IMG/VR virus record: IMGVR_UViG_3300020336_000246
Location: 1-64,000 of that record
Origin: a virus
Taxonomy: Duplodnaviria; Caudoviricetes
DNA: 64,000 nt
Strand: one strand, 5' to 3'
Shown: piece by piece, positions 1 through 8,635 of the stretch
Layout of the letters: the number at the start of each line of letters is the position of its first letter
How positions within the stretch are numbered: position 1 is the stretch's first letter
The notes under the pieces: generated by a model
Databases searched by the model: none
What the model was told of the DNA's origin: nothing
The model's input: the letters and a program-made list of their open reading frames with translations, nothing else
Program-made: the position numbers and the translations under genes

Positions 1-78
1 ATCGCAATAGCCTTGATCAAGGTTAGGTGGGCCACTTAACCAGCATATCATCGTTATCAATGTAAAAGGATCCGTCAT
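1..78 (-). CDS. Partial small hypothetical protein (MTDPFTLITMICWLSG...), runs off the window start
   Basis: ATG at 78 on the minus strand, just downstream of a minus-strand CATAAATA late-promoter motif (84-91). Confidence 0.35.
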   Translation of the reverse strand, partial: MTDPFTLITMICWLSGPPNLDQGYCD

Positions 79-143
79 AATAATATTTATGTTACAGATT
101 TGTTACAAATTAGGTTTTGATTAATAATTTATTAAATAGTGTT

Positions 144-905
144 ATGAAGCACTTCAAGAGTATATTCATTTCAGATATACACTTAGGCACAAGAGGTTGT
201 CAAGCAGATGCCCTTTGTGACTTTTTAAAACATCACACCGCAGATAACATATTTTTGGTAGGCGATATCATAGATGGTTGGCGTCTAAGCAAACGTTGGT
301 ACTTCCCACAGAATCATGCAAACGTAATACGTAGGTTACTCACTGCGGCCAAACGTGGTGCAAAGGTTTATTACATACTTGGTAACCACGACGAATACCT
401 GCGTAAGTTTTTGCCATTTGATATCTCATTTGGTGCAATCAAGATACTAAACAAATATACCTACGTTACCAATGATAAGAAATATTTGGTAATACACGGT
501 GATGTATTTGACAAGGTAATGAAGAACAGTAAATGGTTGATGCTGTTTGGTGACAATCTCTACAACTTCCTCATATGGGTCAATGTCAAATTCAATGCGA
601 TAAGAAAGATCTGTGGCATGGATTACTGGAGTTTGAGTAAATACTTGAAAGCACAGACCAAACAGGCTTTAAATTTTATTCTTAAGTTTGAAGAAACTGT
701 TGCACTACATTGCCATCAAAAGGGGTTTGATGGAGTTATTTGTGGACATATACATACCCCAGCGGATAAGGAATTACATGGAATACATTATATCAATACT
801 GGAGACTGGGTGGAGTCATGTACCGCAGTGGTTGAAAAGGATCCTGGCCAGTTTGAAACGATACATTATAAAATTAGCACTGACACTGAAAGCACTGGCA
901 ATTGA
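144..905 (+). CDS. plcP: PlcP-like phospholipase C (LpxH-like calcineurin metallophosphoesterase)
   Basis: Motifs SDIHLG, GDIID, GNHD, HGD, GHIH, NTGDWVESCTA; YWSLS segment; adjacent to a GT4 gene as in plcP-agt loci. Start moved to ATG 144. Confidence 0.8.
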   Translation: MKHFKSIFISDIHLGTRGCQADALCDFLKHHTADNIFLVGDIIDGWRLSKRWYFPQNHANVIRRLLTAAKRGAKVYYILGNHDEYLRKFLPFDISFGAIKILNKYTYVTNDKKYLVIHGDVFDKVMKNSKWLMLFGDNLYNFLIWVNVKFNAIRKICGMDYWSLSKYLKAQTKQALNFILKFEETVALHCHQKGFDGVICGHIHTPADKELHGIHYINTGDWVESCTAVVEKDPGQFETIHYKISTDTESTGN

Positions 906-1083
906 TTTTGCTATCGCCTTTGGATCCGTGTTTGTTTCGGTTGCAATATTCTATTCATTCGATGTACCAAGCGAATGGAAAATTCCTAACATAATAATTC
1001 CAATCATAGCAGTTTTTGTCTACAGAGTCATAGGTAGAATGTTGGCGAACCCCATACAGAAATTCAAGGACGCAGGAAAATAA
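853..1083 (+). CDS. Small two-TM membrane protein
   Basis: 3' part of ORF 688-1083 has two hydrophobic helices; TTG start at 853 inferred; stop abuts the next ATG. Confidence 0.5.
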   Translation: MKRYIIKLALTLKALAIDFAIAFGSVFVSVAIFYSFDVPSEWKIPNIIIPIIAVFVYRVIGRMLANPIQKFKDAGK

Positions 1084-2096
1084 TGGCAAAGATTTTATTA
1101 GTGACAGATGCTTGGCATCCGCAGACCAACGGAGTAGTAACCACACTGGATCAACTGCACAGGAACGCAATCAATCACGGAGACAGGATCACAGTGATCC
1201 ACCCAAAACGTTTTCGTTTGCGTTTTCCTATGCCTGGCTACACAGAAATAGATCTTGCTTTTCCTTTGCCCTGGAGTGTTAGAAAACATCTTAAGAAACA
1301 GATATGGGATCACATACATATAGCAACACCAGAAGGGCCAATTGGCATCATGTTTGCAAGGACCTGCCGAAAACTAAACATTCCCTTTTCAACAAGTTTG
1401 CACACACTATTTCCAGAATTTGTCAAAGCAAAATATCCTTTGGTGAGTTTGGATTGGGGTTGGCGTTGGATGAAGTTAAGGTACAACGATTCAACCCACA
1501 TAATGACCACAACACAGAGCATGGTTGATCTACTCAAGGCCAAAGGATTCAAGCAAAAGATAATTGCTTGGACCAGAGGTGTTGACCGAGAATATTTTAA
1601 ACCTGATCCAGAACGTGTTAACAATCAAAAAACCGTGCTGGTATGTGTGAGTAGGGTAAGCCATGAAAAAGGTTTAGATGATTTTTGTTCATTGAAGGTT
1701 CCCAACACAGAAAAGATCCTGGTTGGTGATGGACCATATCTAAAAGCACTGAAAAAGAAATATCATGACGTGCATTTTGTAGGCAAGAAAAAAGGAAATG
1801 ACCTGGCCAAATATTATCAAGGTGCAGATGTGTTTGTGTTTCCAAGTGTGAATGATACGTTTGGTGTGGTCCAGATAGAAGCCATGGCCTGTGGTACACC
1901 TGTCGCGGCTTATCCTGTGGTAGGACCCAAGGATGTCATAGAACAGGGCGTGAACGGTTACATGGACAAGGACTTGACTGTTGCTATTGATCAGTGTACA
2001 AAACTTATACGTGCTGATGTTTATAAAAGTTCACTCAAGTGGAGTTGGGAAGAAGCATACAAACAGTTCAAATCAGTGTTGCTACCTGCAAAATAA
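1083..2096 (+). CDS. agt: GT4 glycosyltransferase, Agt-like (glucosyl/glucuronosyl-diacylglycerol synthase)
   Basis: TDAWHPQTNGVV, HIATPEGPIG, WTRGVD, FPSVNDTFGVVQIEAMACGTPV motifs; next to plcP. Confidence 0.75.
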   Translation: MAKILLVTDAWHPQTNGVVTTLDQLHRNAINHGDRITVIHPKRFRLRFPMPGYTEIDLAFPLPWSVRKHLKKQIWDHIHIATPEGPIGIMFARTCRKLNIPFSTSLHTLFPEFVKAKYPLVSLDWGWRWMKLRYNDSTHIMTTTQSMVDLLKAKGFKQKIIAWTRGVDREYFKPDPERVNNQKTVLVCVSRVSHEKGLDDFCSLKVPNTEKILVGDGPYLKALKKKYHDVHFVGKKKGNDLAKYYQGADVFVFPSVNDTFGVVQIEAMACGTPVAAYPVVGPKDVIEQGVNGYMDKDLTVAIDQCTKLIRADVYKSSLKWSWEEAYKQFKSVLLPAK

Positions 2097-2180
2097 TCCT
2101 GTTCATTAGAATATAATAATATACTAAAATCCTTATAAGTGTCCATAAAATAAATGGACAAACTAAATAATAATATGCAC

Positions 2181-2208
2181 TTGACATAATTTGTTATTGT
2201 GCTATAAT
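2181..2208 (+). promoter_or_regulatory. sigma70-type promoter upstream of alkB
   Basis: TTGACA-N16-TATAAT. Confidence 0.75.
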
Positions 2209-2254
2209 CGTACTACATTGTGATTAACTATCAGGTGAAAGCCGGGAGAACACA

Positions 2255-3319
2255 ATGAATAAACTTTTAGTAAACATAAGGTATTTCATAGCACCATTGT
2301 TGATACTTGTTACACTCGCAGGAGTGTTGGCAGGTGGAGCATGGGTATGGACAGGTGTGGGCCTATTGGGAGTAGGCATTATACTTGACACCCTTATCAA
2401 CGTACAGACTCGTGGAGCAGTTGATGAGAATGGTGACACCTTAGGTATCCCCTGGTTACAGAATGCAGTAATGTATATGATGTTGCCAGTCTTTGTAGCA
2501 CTTCAGTTAGCACTTGCTTACCAAATATATAATGGTATGGCAGGAGCAGAACTATTAGGTGCTGTATTATCAACAGGTATATTTGCAGGCATAGGTATAA
2601 TCTATGGGCATGAACTATCTCATACAAAAGGCGTTGCTTTTATAATAAGCCGTTGGATGATGGGACTATCAGGTTCAGCACATTTCTGTTATGCTCATGT
2701 GTACAATCATCACTTGGAATTAGCAAGTGAAGATGATCCTGCAACCGCACCTAGAGGACGTGATATCTATTCACACTATGTCAAATCACACTTAGGTCAA
2801 TCTAAGTTCTTGTTTGAGATGGAGAAAGGTAGATTAAAACGTTTAGGTAAACCTTTTATATCATTTGGTAACAGATGGATTAGAGGTTATATGATGAGTG
2901 TTCCTTCACTTGCATTGTTCTTTTATGCAGGTGGTTGGTTAGGAGTTGCTTCATTGGCTCTTGTTTGGGTAATATCAAACTTTGAGTTAGAAGCACTTAA
3001 CTATCTAGAACACTATGGTTTGGTACGTGTAAAAAGCGAGCCTATAGACTATAGACATTCTTGGGATAACTCAACACTATTCACTTCATGGTTCTTTATA
3101 GAAATAGGTCGTCAGGCTGATCATCATGACAGAGGCGAAACACACTTCTGGGAACTAGATGAAGTAGGTGCACCAAACACAGGAGTAGGATACTTCACGT
3201 TGTTTGCACTCGCACTAATACCTCCAGTGTTTGATGCTTTCATGAAGAAACATTTAGACAACTGGGACAAAAACTTTGCCTCAGAAGCAGAGATAGAAAT
3301 AGCTAAGAAATTAGCTTAA
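2255..3319 (+). CDS. alkB: AlkB-family membrane di-iron alkane 1-monooxygenase-like protein
   Basis: Multiple TM helices; HELSH, HVYNHH, NYLEHYG (HYG box), QADHH; DPATAPRG. Confidence 0.85.
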   Translation: MNKLLVNIRYFIAPLLILVTLAGVLAGGAWVWTGVGLLGVGIILDTLINVQTRGAVDENGDTLGIPWLQNAVMYMMLPVFVALQLALAYQIYNGMAGAELLGAVLSTGIFAGIGIIYGHELSHTKGVAFIISRWMMGLSGSAHFCYAHVYNHHLELASEDDPATAPRGRDIYSHYVKSHLGQSKFLFEMEKGRLKRLGKPFISFGNRWIRGYMMSVPSLALFFYAGGWLGVASLALVWVISNFELEALNYLEHYGLVRVKSEPIDYRHSWDNSTLFTSWFFIEIGRQADHHDRGETHFWELDEVGAPNTGVGYFTLFALALIPPVFDAFMKKHLDNWDKNFASEAEIEIAKKLA

Positions 3320-3325
3320 CCACTT

Positions 3326-3354
3326 GGGGGCTCACTTTTGGGTGAGTCCCTTTC
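3326..3354 (+). terminator. Rho-independent terminator after alkB
   Basis: GGGGGCTCAC-TTTTGG-GTGAGTCCC hairpin followed by TTT. Confidence 0.7.
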
Positions 3355-3474
3355 ATTTGTTCATTGTACGTTCATATCGAATATGCTATATATTAATAGT
3401 AGAATTAATTCTACTGTGGACCGCGGTCAGAAGACAACCGGCACGTAACCTTTAAACTTTTTTGGAGATTAACG

Positions 3475-3552
3475 ATGGAATGGACTAAACCCGTGATCAA
3501 AGAAATTTCTGTTGGCTTAGAAATTAATTCTTATGCCTGTGCAGAAATATAG
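3475..3552 (+). CDS. pqqA: PQQ precursor peptide PqqA (MEWTKPVIKEISVGLEINSYACAEI, 25 aa)
   Basis: Not in the ORF track; GGAG SD upstream; W-x-K-P N-terminus and the E-x-x-x-Y (EINSY) core typical of PqqA. Confidence 0.85.
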   Translation: MEWTKPVIKEISVGLEINSYACAEI

Positions 3553-3595
3553 GTTGACATTATAATAATAATATAGTATATTATAATTTTAATCA

Positions 3596-3628
3596 GGAGC
3601 CAACCCAAGGGAAGGCTCCATTTTTTTT
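3596..3628 (+). terminator. Rho-independent terminator after pqqA
   Basis: GGAGCC...GGCTCC stem followed by T8. Confidence 0.7.
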
Positions 3629-3641
3629 GAAAGGACCAAGG

Positions 3642-3842
3642 ATGCAAAGTACCAAGCAACCTATGGATTGGCATATCCAAGAAGTTCTAACCTGTGAAGT
3701 TCTAAGGTTAGATCCAAACAACAAAATGCTTAATAAGTTTTTTGAAATGCAAAACCATCATGGAGCAACCATGAGAAATTTTAAAAAACAATACGACAAA
3801 CACGGCACATGGAAGGAACCTTTACCTGGGAGTTTATTATAA
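3642..3842 (+). CDS. Hypothetical protein
   Basis: ORF with SD-like AAGGA; coupled to the next ORF. Confidence 0.55.
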   Translation: MQSTKQPMDWHIQEVLTCEVLRLDPNNKMLNKFFEMQNHHGATMRNFKKQYDKHGTWKEPLPGSLL

Positions 3843-4012
3843 TGAAATTATATAGTTTTGAATTAGTATTATTCGGATGGTTAGCATATAACATATTTGT
3901 TGAAATCCATGATTGGGTAGCAGAATCATTTGAAGACAGTGAACAACATTCAGAAGTAGAAGCACCTGAACCAGTAGCAAAACCTTTACACATACAAGCC
4001 AATGTTGACTAA
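3842..4012 (+). CDS. Small membrane-anchored hypothetical protein
   Basis: Hydrophobic N-terminus, acidic tail; start overlaps the previous stop. Confidence 0.55.
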   Translation: MKLYSFELVLFGWLAYNIFVEIHDWVAESFEDSEQHSEVEAPEPVAKPLHIQANVD

Positions 4013-4190
4013 ATTTATGGTAATCGTATGGTTGGGTTATAATTATGAACAACCAGTGTTAGTTGGGCAAGTGCATGACTGCGATGAAGGAAAAGTAATA
4101 GCAAGAGAATTACAACCTAATCACAAAGCCTTTGGTTGCTTTACCAAGGAACATTGGGATAAGAATAAGTTTTTTATTTTACGTTGGTAA
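4002..4190 (+). CDS. Hypothetical protein
   Basis: Overlapping-gene packing. Confidence 0.5.
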   Translation: MLTKFMVIVWLGYNYEQPVLVGQVHDCDEGKVIARELQPNHKAFGCFTKEHWDKNKFFILRW

Positions 4191-4198
4191 ATTAAAAG

Positions 4199-4999
4199 TT
4201 AAATTTGTGGAGTTTCCATACCATCAACATATTTTTTGATATGTGAAATGTAATCACCTATGTTGTGATCAGAAAAGTTATCAATCTTACCTTTTTTGAT
4301 ACCTCGCCACATACCTCGTAGTCTGTCTTTAGTCCTTTGCCAACCTGAAGGACTTCTGACATTACCCCATGTGTTTAGATAATGTTCTTCTCCGTGATGT
4401 GTATATCCCATTATCCATAACGGTACACGGCATACTATATCATTGTTGTTTACCCATCTATGATGTTTGATGCCAAGGCTTTTAGTGTATCCTGACCAAC
4501 CAACTCTTGGTGATCCGTATGTGTAAAGTTCTTGTGGGTCTAAGGTATCTAAGTGTAATAAACATCTTGAAGCCATTATAGTTGCCATTGCGGCACCTAG
4601 GCTGTGTCCACAAAACCATAAATCTTTTTTCTTATTGACTGTACGAAACAGATCCTCAGTTATTTGTGGCCAAAGTTGATCTACTTCTGCTTTAAATCCT
4701 GCATGAACACGTGATACTGTCTCTGCAATAACTGGTAGTGCATTTGCATCAGCGGCGATATCGTTGTACTCTGTAGGTTCTGTACCCCTACAAGCAATTA
4801 CAATGTCATCTTTATTCATAAATCTATAAGACTGAGCACCTTTTTGATCGTAATATTCTACAGTAGTAAATCCAATTGCTTTGCCTTTTTTAGTTGCTTC
4901 TGCTTTGGAAAGGTATGCAATAGCACTCAATTCAGCAAACAGCAATGACTTTTCTTTAAAGTTTAATTTACTGATAGATTTTTTTAATCTAGTGTGCAT
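4199..4999 (-). CDS. Class 3 lipase (alpha/beta hydrolase)
   Basis: IACRGT, GHSLG nucleophile elbow, TYGSPRVG, NNDIVCRVP, terminal DH. Start trimmed because the longer ORF overlaps tRNA-Gly. Confidence 0.85.
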   Translation of the reverse strand: MHTRLKKSISKLNFKEKSLLFAELSAIAYLSKAEATKKGKAIGFTTVEYYDQKGAQSYRFMNKDDIVIACRGTEPTEYNDIAADANALPVIAETVSRVHAGFKAEVDQLWPQITEDLFRTVNKKKDLWFCGHSLGAAMATIMASRCLLHLDTLDPQELYTYGSPRVGWSGYTKSLGIKHHRWVNNNDIVCRVPLWIMGYTHHGEEHYLNTWGNVRSPSGWQRTKDRLRGMWRGIKKGKIDNFSDHNIGDYISHIKKYVDGMETPQI

Positions 5000-5028
5000 A
5001 CACATATTTATTAAATATGCATAAAATA

Positions 5029-5102
5029 TGGAGCGGGTGAGGAGAATCGAACTCCTAGCATCAGCTTGGAAGGCTGAGGTATTACCACTATACGACACCC
5101 GC
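5029..5102 (-). tRNA. tRNA-Gly (TCC)
   Basis: Reverse complement GCGGGTGTCGTATAGTGGTAATACCTCAGCCTTCCAAGCTGATGCTAGGAGTTCGATTCTCCTCACCCGCTCCA folds as a cloverleaf with CCA. Confidence 0.95.
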
Positions 5103-5211
5103 ATATTAAGTTGTATGCTACTTATACTACTATATAACAATGTACCTGTCAACCGATTTTGTGAAACTTTTTATTTTGATAACACTAAATACAGTATAAG
5201 GGAACAAAGCC

Positions 5212-5478
5212 ATGAGAAAACGTACACGATCAATACTAGAAGAGTTAAACAGCATTCATAGAACTAGCAATAATGATGCTCTTATCCAATCTACTGGTAA
5301 TAACATTATTGAAAGTGCTATCAATCTGCTTAATAGGGTTACAGAAAGCTATGATCCGGATACCGCACAGGAGATTGAAAGACGTTTTATCAACAGTATT
5401 AGAAGCGGAGACCCTCGTAAGTTTAAACGTGGTATAGATAAAATAGTTGAAGCAAGGAAATCAGATGATACTAAATGA
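5212..5478 (+). CDS. Hypothetical protein
   Basis: ORF after CTAAATA late-like promoter (5185-5191). Confidence 0.75.
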   Translation: MRKRTRSILEELNSIHRTSNNDALIQSTGNNIIESAINLLNRVTESYDPDTAQEIERRFINSIRSGDPRKFKRGIDKIVEARKSDDTK

Positions 5479-6160
5479 GGGTGGTAACGTATTCAAAACA
5501 GCAGATGGTGCCGAAGCAACACAGCGAATAAACAAAGCTGATGTAGAGCCTACACTTAAATGGCTGGAAAAAATAACAGGACTTGACCATGTAAATTTTA
5601 TGCTAGGATCGACTGGCATCAAACCTACATCAGGTGACTTAGACGTTGCAGTTGATAAAGCGACTGTAAACAAAGATGAGCTAGTAGGAAAACTTAAAGC
5701 CTGGAAAGATAAAAACGCACCCGACGATGATGATAGAGCCTGGATAGCAAAGACAGGTATTAGTGTACATTTCAAAACACCAATCAATGGAGATCCTAAG
5801 AGAGGATTTGTACAAACAGATTTAATGTTTGGTGATCCTAAATTTATGCAGTTTGCCCTACGTGGTGCGGCTGACAGTGAATTCAAAGGACAACATAGAA
5901 TGATCATGATAGCCAGTATTGCAAAAGCACAAGGTTACAAGTGGTCACCAACAAACGGATTAGTAGATAGAATTACTAACGAACCTGTAACCAAAGATCC
6001 AAACGAAGTAGCAAAAACTTTAATGGGTGATAGTGCAAGTGCTGATGATATGAGAAGTGTTGAAACTATCAATGCAAAAATTAAAACAGATCCTAACTAT
6101 GAGAATCTAGTTAAAGATGCTAAAGACTACTTTGAAAAAGAAGGACTTCAGTTACCGTAA
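5465..6160 (+). CDS. Pol-beta-superfamily nucleotidyltransferase-like protein
   Basis: LGSTG-x5-GDLDVAV motif plus a third Asp in VQTDLM; N-terminus MILNE. Confidence 0.6.
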   Translation: MILNEGGNVFKTADGAEATQRINKADVEPTLKWLEKITGLDHVNFMLGSTGIKPTSGDLDVAVDKATVNKDELVGKLKAWKDKNAPDDDDRAWIAKTGISVHFKTPINGDPKRGFVQTDLMFGDPKFMQFALRGAADSEFKGQHRMIMIASIAKAQGYKWSPTNGLVDRITNEPVTKDPNEVAKTLMGDSASADDMRSVETINAKIKTDPNYENLVKDAKDYFEKEGLQLP

Positions 6161-7281
6161 TGAAATTTAATGAATTCAATAATATCCTTAGAGAAGGTGC
6201 TCGTATAGATCATGCAGAAGATATTATCTTCTGGGAAGGTAGTGCAGGAGCGAAACGTGTTATTGATTCTATTATAGGATTAACAAAAGGAAACACACAA
6301 TCACTTACAATTAAATGGGACGGCTCTCCAGCAGTTATATTTGGCAGAGATGATAACGGTGACTTTGTGTTTACAGATAAGTCAGGCTTTGTTGCAAAAG
6401 GTTATGACGGTAAAAGTAAATCAGCAGATGATATTGAAAAAATGTTATTAAGTAGAGGTAAAGGACAACCTAACGATAGTTATAAAGTTTTCGCAGGTAA
6501 TATGAAATCAGTATTTCCTGTGTTTGAAAAGGCAATACCAGAAGACCACAGAGGCTACTTCAAAGGCGACTTATTATATTTTAACACACCACAAGAGAGT
6601 AACGGTGCATTTACTTTTAAACCAAATATAGTTTCCTATACAGTAAAGACAGACAGTGACATAGGTAAACGTATTTCCGTTAGTAAAGCAGGGGTTGTAA
6701 TTCATAGAATAGTTGACCCAGAAGGTAGTGAAAAACCATTGACCGATTATGATATATTTCAAGGTAGCCAATTGTTGGTGTTACCTCCAGTCACTGTACA
6801 AGAGCCACCACAAGTAGATATGAGTGGTGTTAATAATATCAGTGCAATCGTTACAAAGAATTCATCAGCATTAGATTCATTGCTTGATAAAAACAAATTA
6901 AGAGAAATGAAGATGACTGACTTTTCAAATGTGTTATACCAATATGTAAACAGTAAAACAGATTCAGGATTAGACAACTTAGGCAAAGACTTTATGCAGT
7001 GGTTACAGAACAGTAATGTTTCTGCACCCAAGAAGGCAAAGATGACTGAGTATGTCAAAACAAACATTAAGGCCTTTAGTGCTTTATGGCAAGTAGTATC
7101 AGGTATTATGAAAGTTAAAGATAATATTATTGATCAGCTTGAACAACAACCTGCTGATGTAAAAGCATCAATAGGAAACAAACCAGGTGGTGAAGGTTAT
7201 GTACTGGCTCACCCAACTGGTGATATTAAATTTGTTAATCGTGCTGGCTTTAGTGCGGCTAACAGAGCAGTACAAAGATAA
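6160..7281 (+). CDS. ATP-dependent polynucleotide (RNA?) ligase-like protein
   Basis: Motif I KWDG, motif III-like KGDLLY, motif IV GEGYV, motif V IKFVNR; N-terminus MKFNEF. Confidence 0.6.
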   Translation: MKFNEFNNILREGARIDHAEDIIFWEGSAGAKRVIDSIIGLTKGNTQSLTIKWDGSPAVIFGRDDNGDFVFTDKSGFVAKGYDGKSKSADDIEKMLLSRGKGQPNDSYKVFAGNMKSVFPVFEKAIPEDHRGYFKGDLLYFNTPQESNGAFTFKPNIVSYTVKTDSDIGKRISVSKAGVVIHRIVDPEGSEKPLTDYDIFQGSQLLVLPPVTVQEPPQVDMSGVNNISAIVTKNSSALDSLLDKNKLREMKMTDFSNVLYQYVNSKTDSGLDNLGKDFMQWLQNSNVSAPKKAKMTEYVKTNIKAFSALWQVVSGIMKVKDNIIDQLEQQPADVKASIGNKPGGEGYVLAHPTGDIKFVNRAGFSAANRAVQR

Positions 7282-7293
7282 CGGAGATAAACA

Positions 7294-7725
7294 ATGAAAG
7301 CAAATGACTTTATAAAAGAAATTGATGCTGTCGACCAAGACGCCATTGATGCTTTAAAGAAACAAATGGATCCGGCTGATGATGACGAAGCTGGAATGGA
7401 TAAAGGGTTCAAGAAAGAACCTATGATTACGCAATTAGGAAAAGTGTTAGACAGCAGAGGAAACCCTAACCCAATCAAAAAAGTTGTAAGTGATAGTGGT
7501 AAGAAGTATGATATTACTCCTGAGAAAGCACAGACTCTTAAGATGATGTTAACTACAGACGCAGTTAAGCCTGATGTTAAAAGAAAGTTTACAACAGACA
7601 TCCAAAACGATGAAGTACTAGGTATGATGCTTGATGCTAAAGACCAAAAGGAAATGATCGGAATGTTTAAAGCGGCATACATGGGTGATGGCGGAAACAA
7701 AGAAAGATCAGCTTATACAAGTTAA
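7294..7725 (+). CDS. Hypothetical protein, putative internal head protein
   Basis: N-terminus MKANDFIKE resembles T4 capsid-targeting sequences. Confidence 0.6.
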   Translation: MKANDFIKEIDAVDQDAIDALKKQMDPADDDEAGMDKGFKKEPMITQLGKVLDSRGNPNPIKKVVSDSGKKYDITPEKAQTLKMMLTTDAVKPDVKRKFTTDIQNDEVLGMMLDAKDQKEMIGMFKAAYMGDGGNKERSAYTS

Positions 7726-7739
7726 GAAGGAATAAGCAA

Positions 7740-8606
7740 ATGGAACTAGAGTTTTTATCAGACCTATACGAAGCAAGAATGACCCGCAACTCGGGTGACA
7801 CAGCAAAGCTAACCTATAACGATTGCTGTGAAAGATTGTATCTAACTATGTTAGTGCTTGAACTTCTTAGCAAGTATCCAAAGTATATGCCTTATGCAAG
7901 AGCCTATGCAAAGAAAACTAAAGACACAAACTATAAACGTTTTCAAATGCATGGCACAGACTTACATAACTTCATTTACTTTGTGAATGGTGATGACGAA
8001 GCCTTAGCAAAACTTAAAGATCCTGATAGTGCTAGAATGGTAGCAAGAAGAACTACACTACCGTTGATGAATATCAACAGATATCTAACAACACTATCAA
8101 ACGGACAGGTATCAAGATTCGGTGAAACATTTATGAGTATAGAAACTGCACTCAAGATCTCCAATGCAGATTATAAAGCCACTCGTAGATACTTAGGAAA
8201 CTTTGATAGACTGTCAACAATGGAAAAGAAAAAGGTAGCAACTAGATTAGCTCTTGCTACCAGAGCCAAACTTAGAAGTAGTGATATAATCATCTACATG
8301 GAAGAACTATTAGCTGAACGTGACTTAGAAACAAGATCAGTTAAAGACAATGAGCCAACTATTTCAGTAGCTGACATAGGTGTATCAGGACAAGAACTTT
8401 CTATGTATAGATTCTTAGTTGGTTCAAAGAATTTAGTAGGTACTAAAAAGTTTTTAGAACTTGCTCGTAGTGGAAACAGTATTCCATCTACCTTTGTAAA
8501 ACAATACCTACCTGCCATTAAAGTAATAGACGATATAGTAAAAGCAGGGCCAGGATACGTACAAATGCTAAGATCTTTACAAAGTCGAGCTAAAAAACGC
8601 CGATAA
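7740..8606 (+). CDS. Hypothetical protein
   Basis: 288-aa ORF in a co-oriented operon. Confidence 0.75.
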   Translation: MELEFLSDLYEARMTRNSGDTAKLTYNDCCERLYLTMLVLELLSKYPKYMPYARAYAKKTKDTNYKRFQMHGTDLHNFIYFVNGDDEALAKLKDPDSARMVARRTTLPLMNINRYLTTLSNGQVSRFGETFMSIETALKISNADYKATRRYLGNFDRLSTMEKKKVATRLALATRAKLRSSDIIIYMEELLAERDLETRSVKDNEPTISVADIGVSGQELSMYRFLVGSKNLVGTKKFLELARSGNSIPSTFVKQYLPAIKVIDDIVKAGPGYVQMLRSLQSRAKKRR

Positions 8607-8627
8607 CAAGCAATTTTTCCAAAATCT

Positions 8628-8635
8628 TATAAATA
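8628..8635 (+). promoter_or_regulatory. T4-type late promoter TATAAATA
   Basis: Exact T4 late consensus upstream of the 8696 gene; NATAAATA recurs at ~9930, 11664, 15952, 18030, 22146, 22984, 24085, 25531, 34273, 37902, 46347, 49439, 61384 and on the minus strand at 39663, 54879, 61349. Confidence 0.8.

Noticed and set aside
5028-5261. Plus-strand 77-aa ORF and the N-terminal extension of the lipase ORF (to 5152)
   Set aside because: Both overlap the minus-strand tRNA-Gly; they are translation artefacts.
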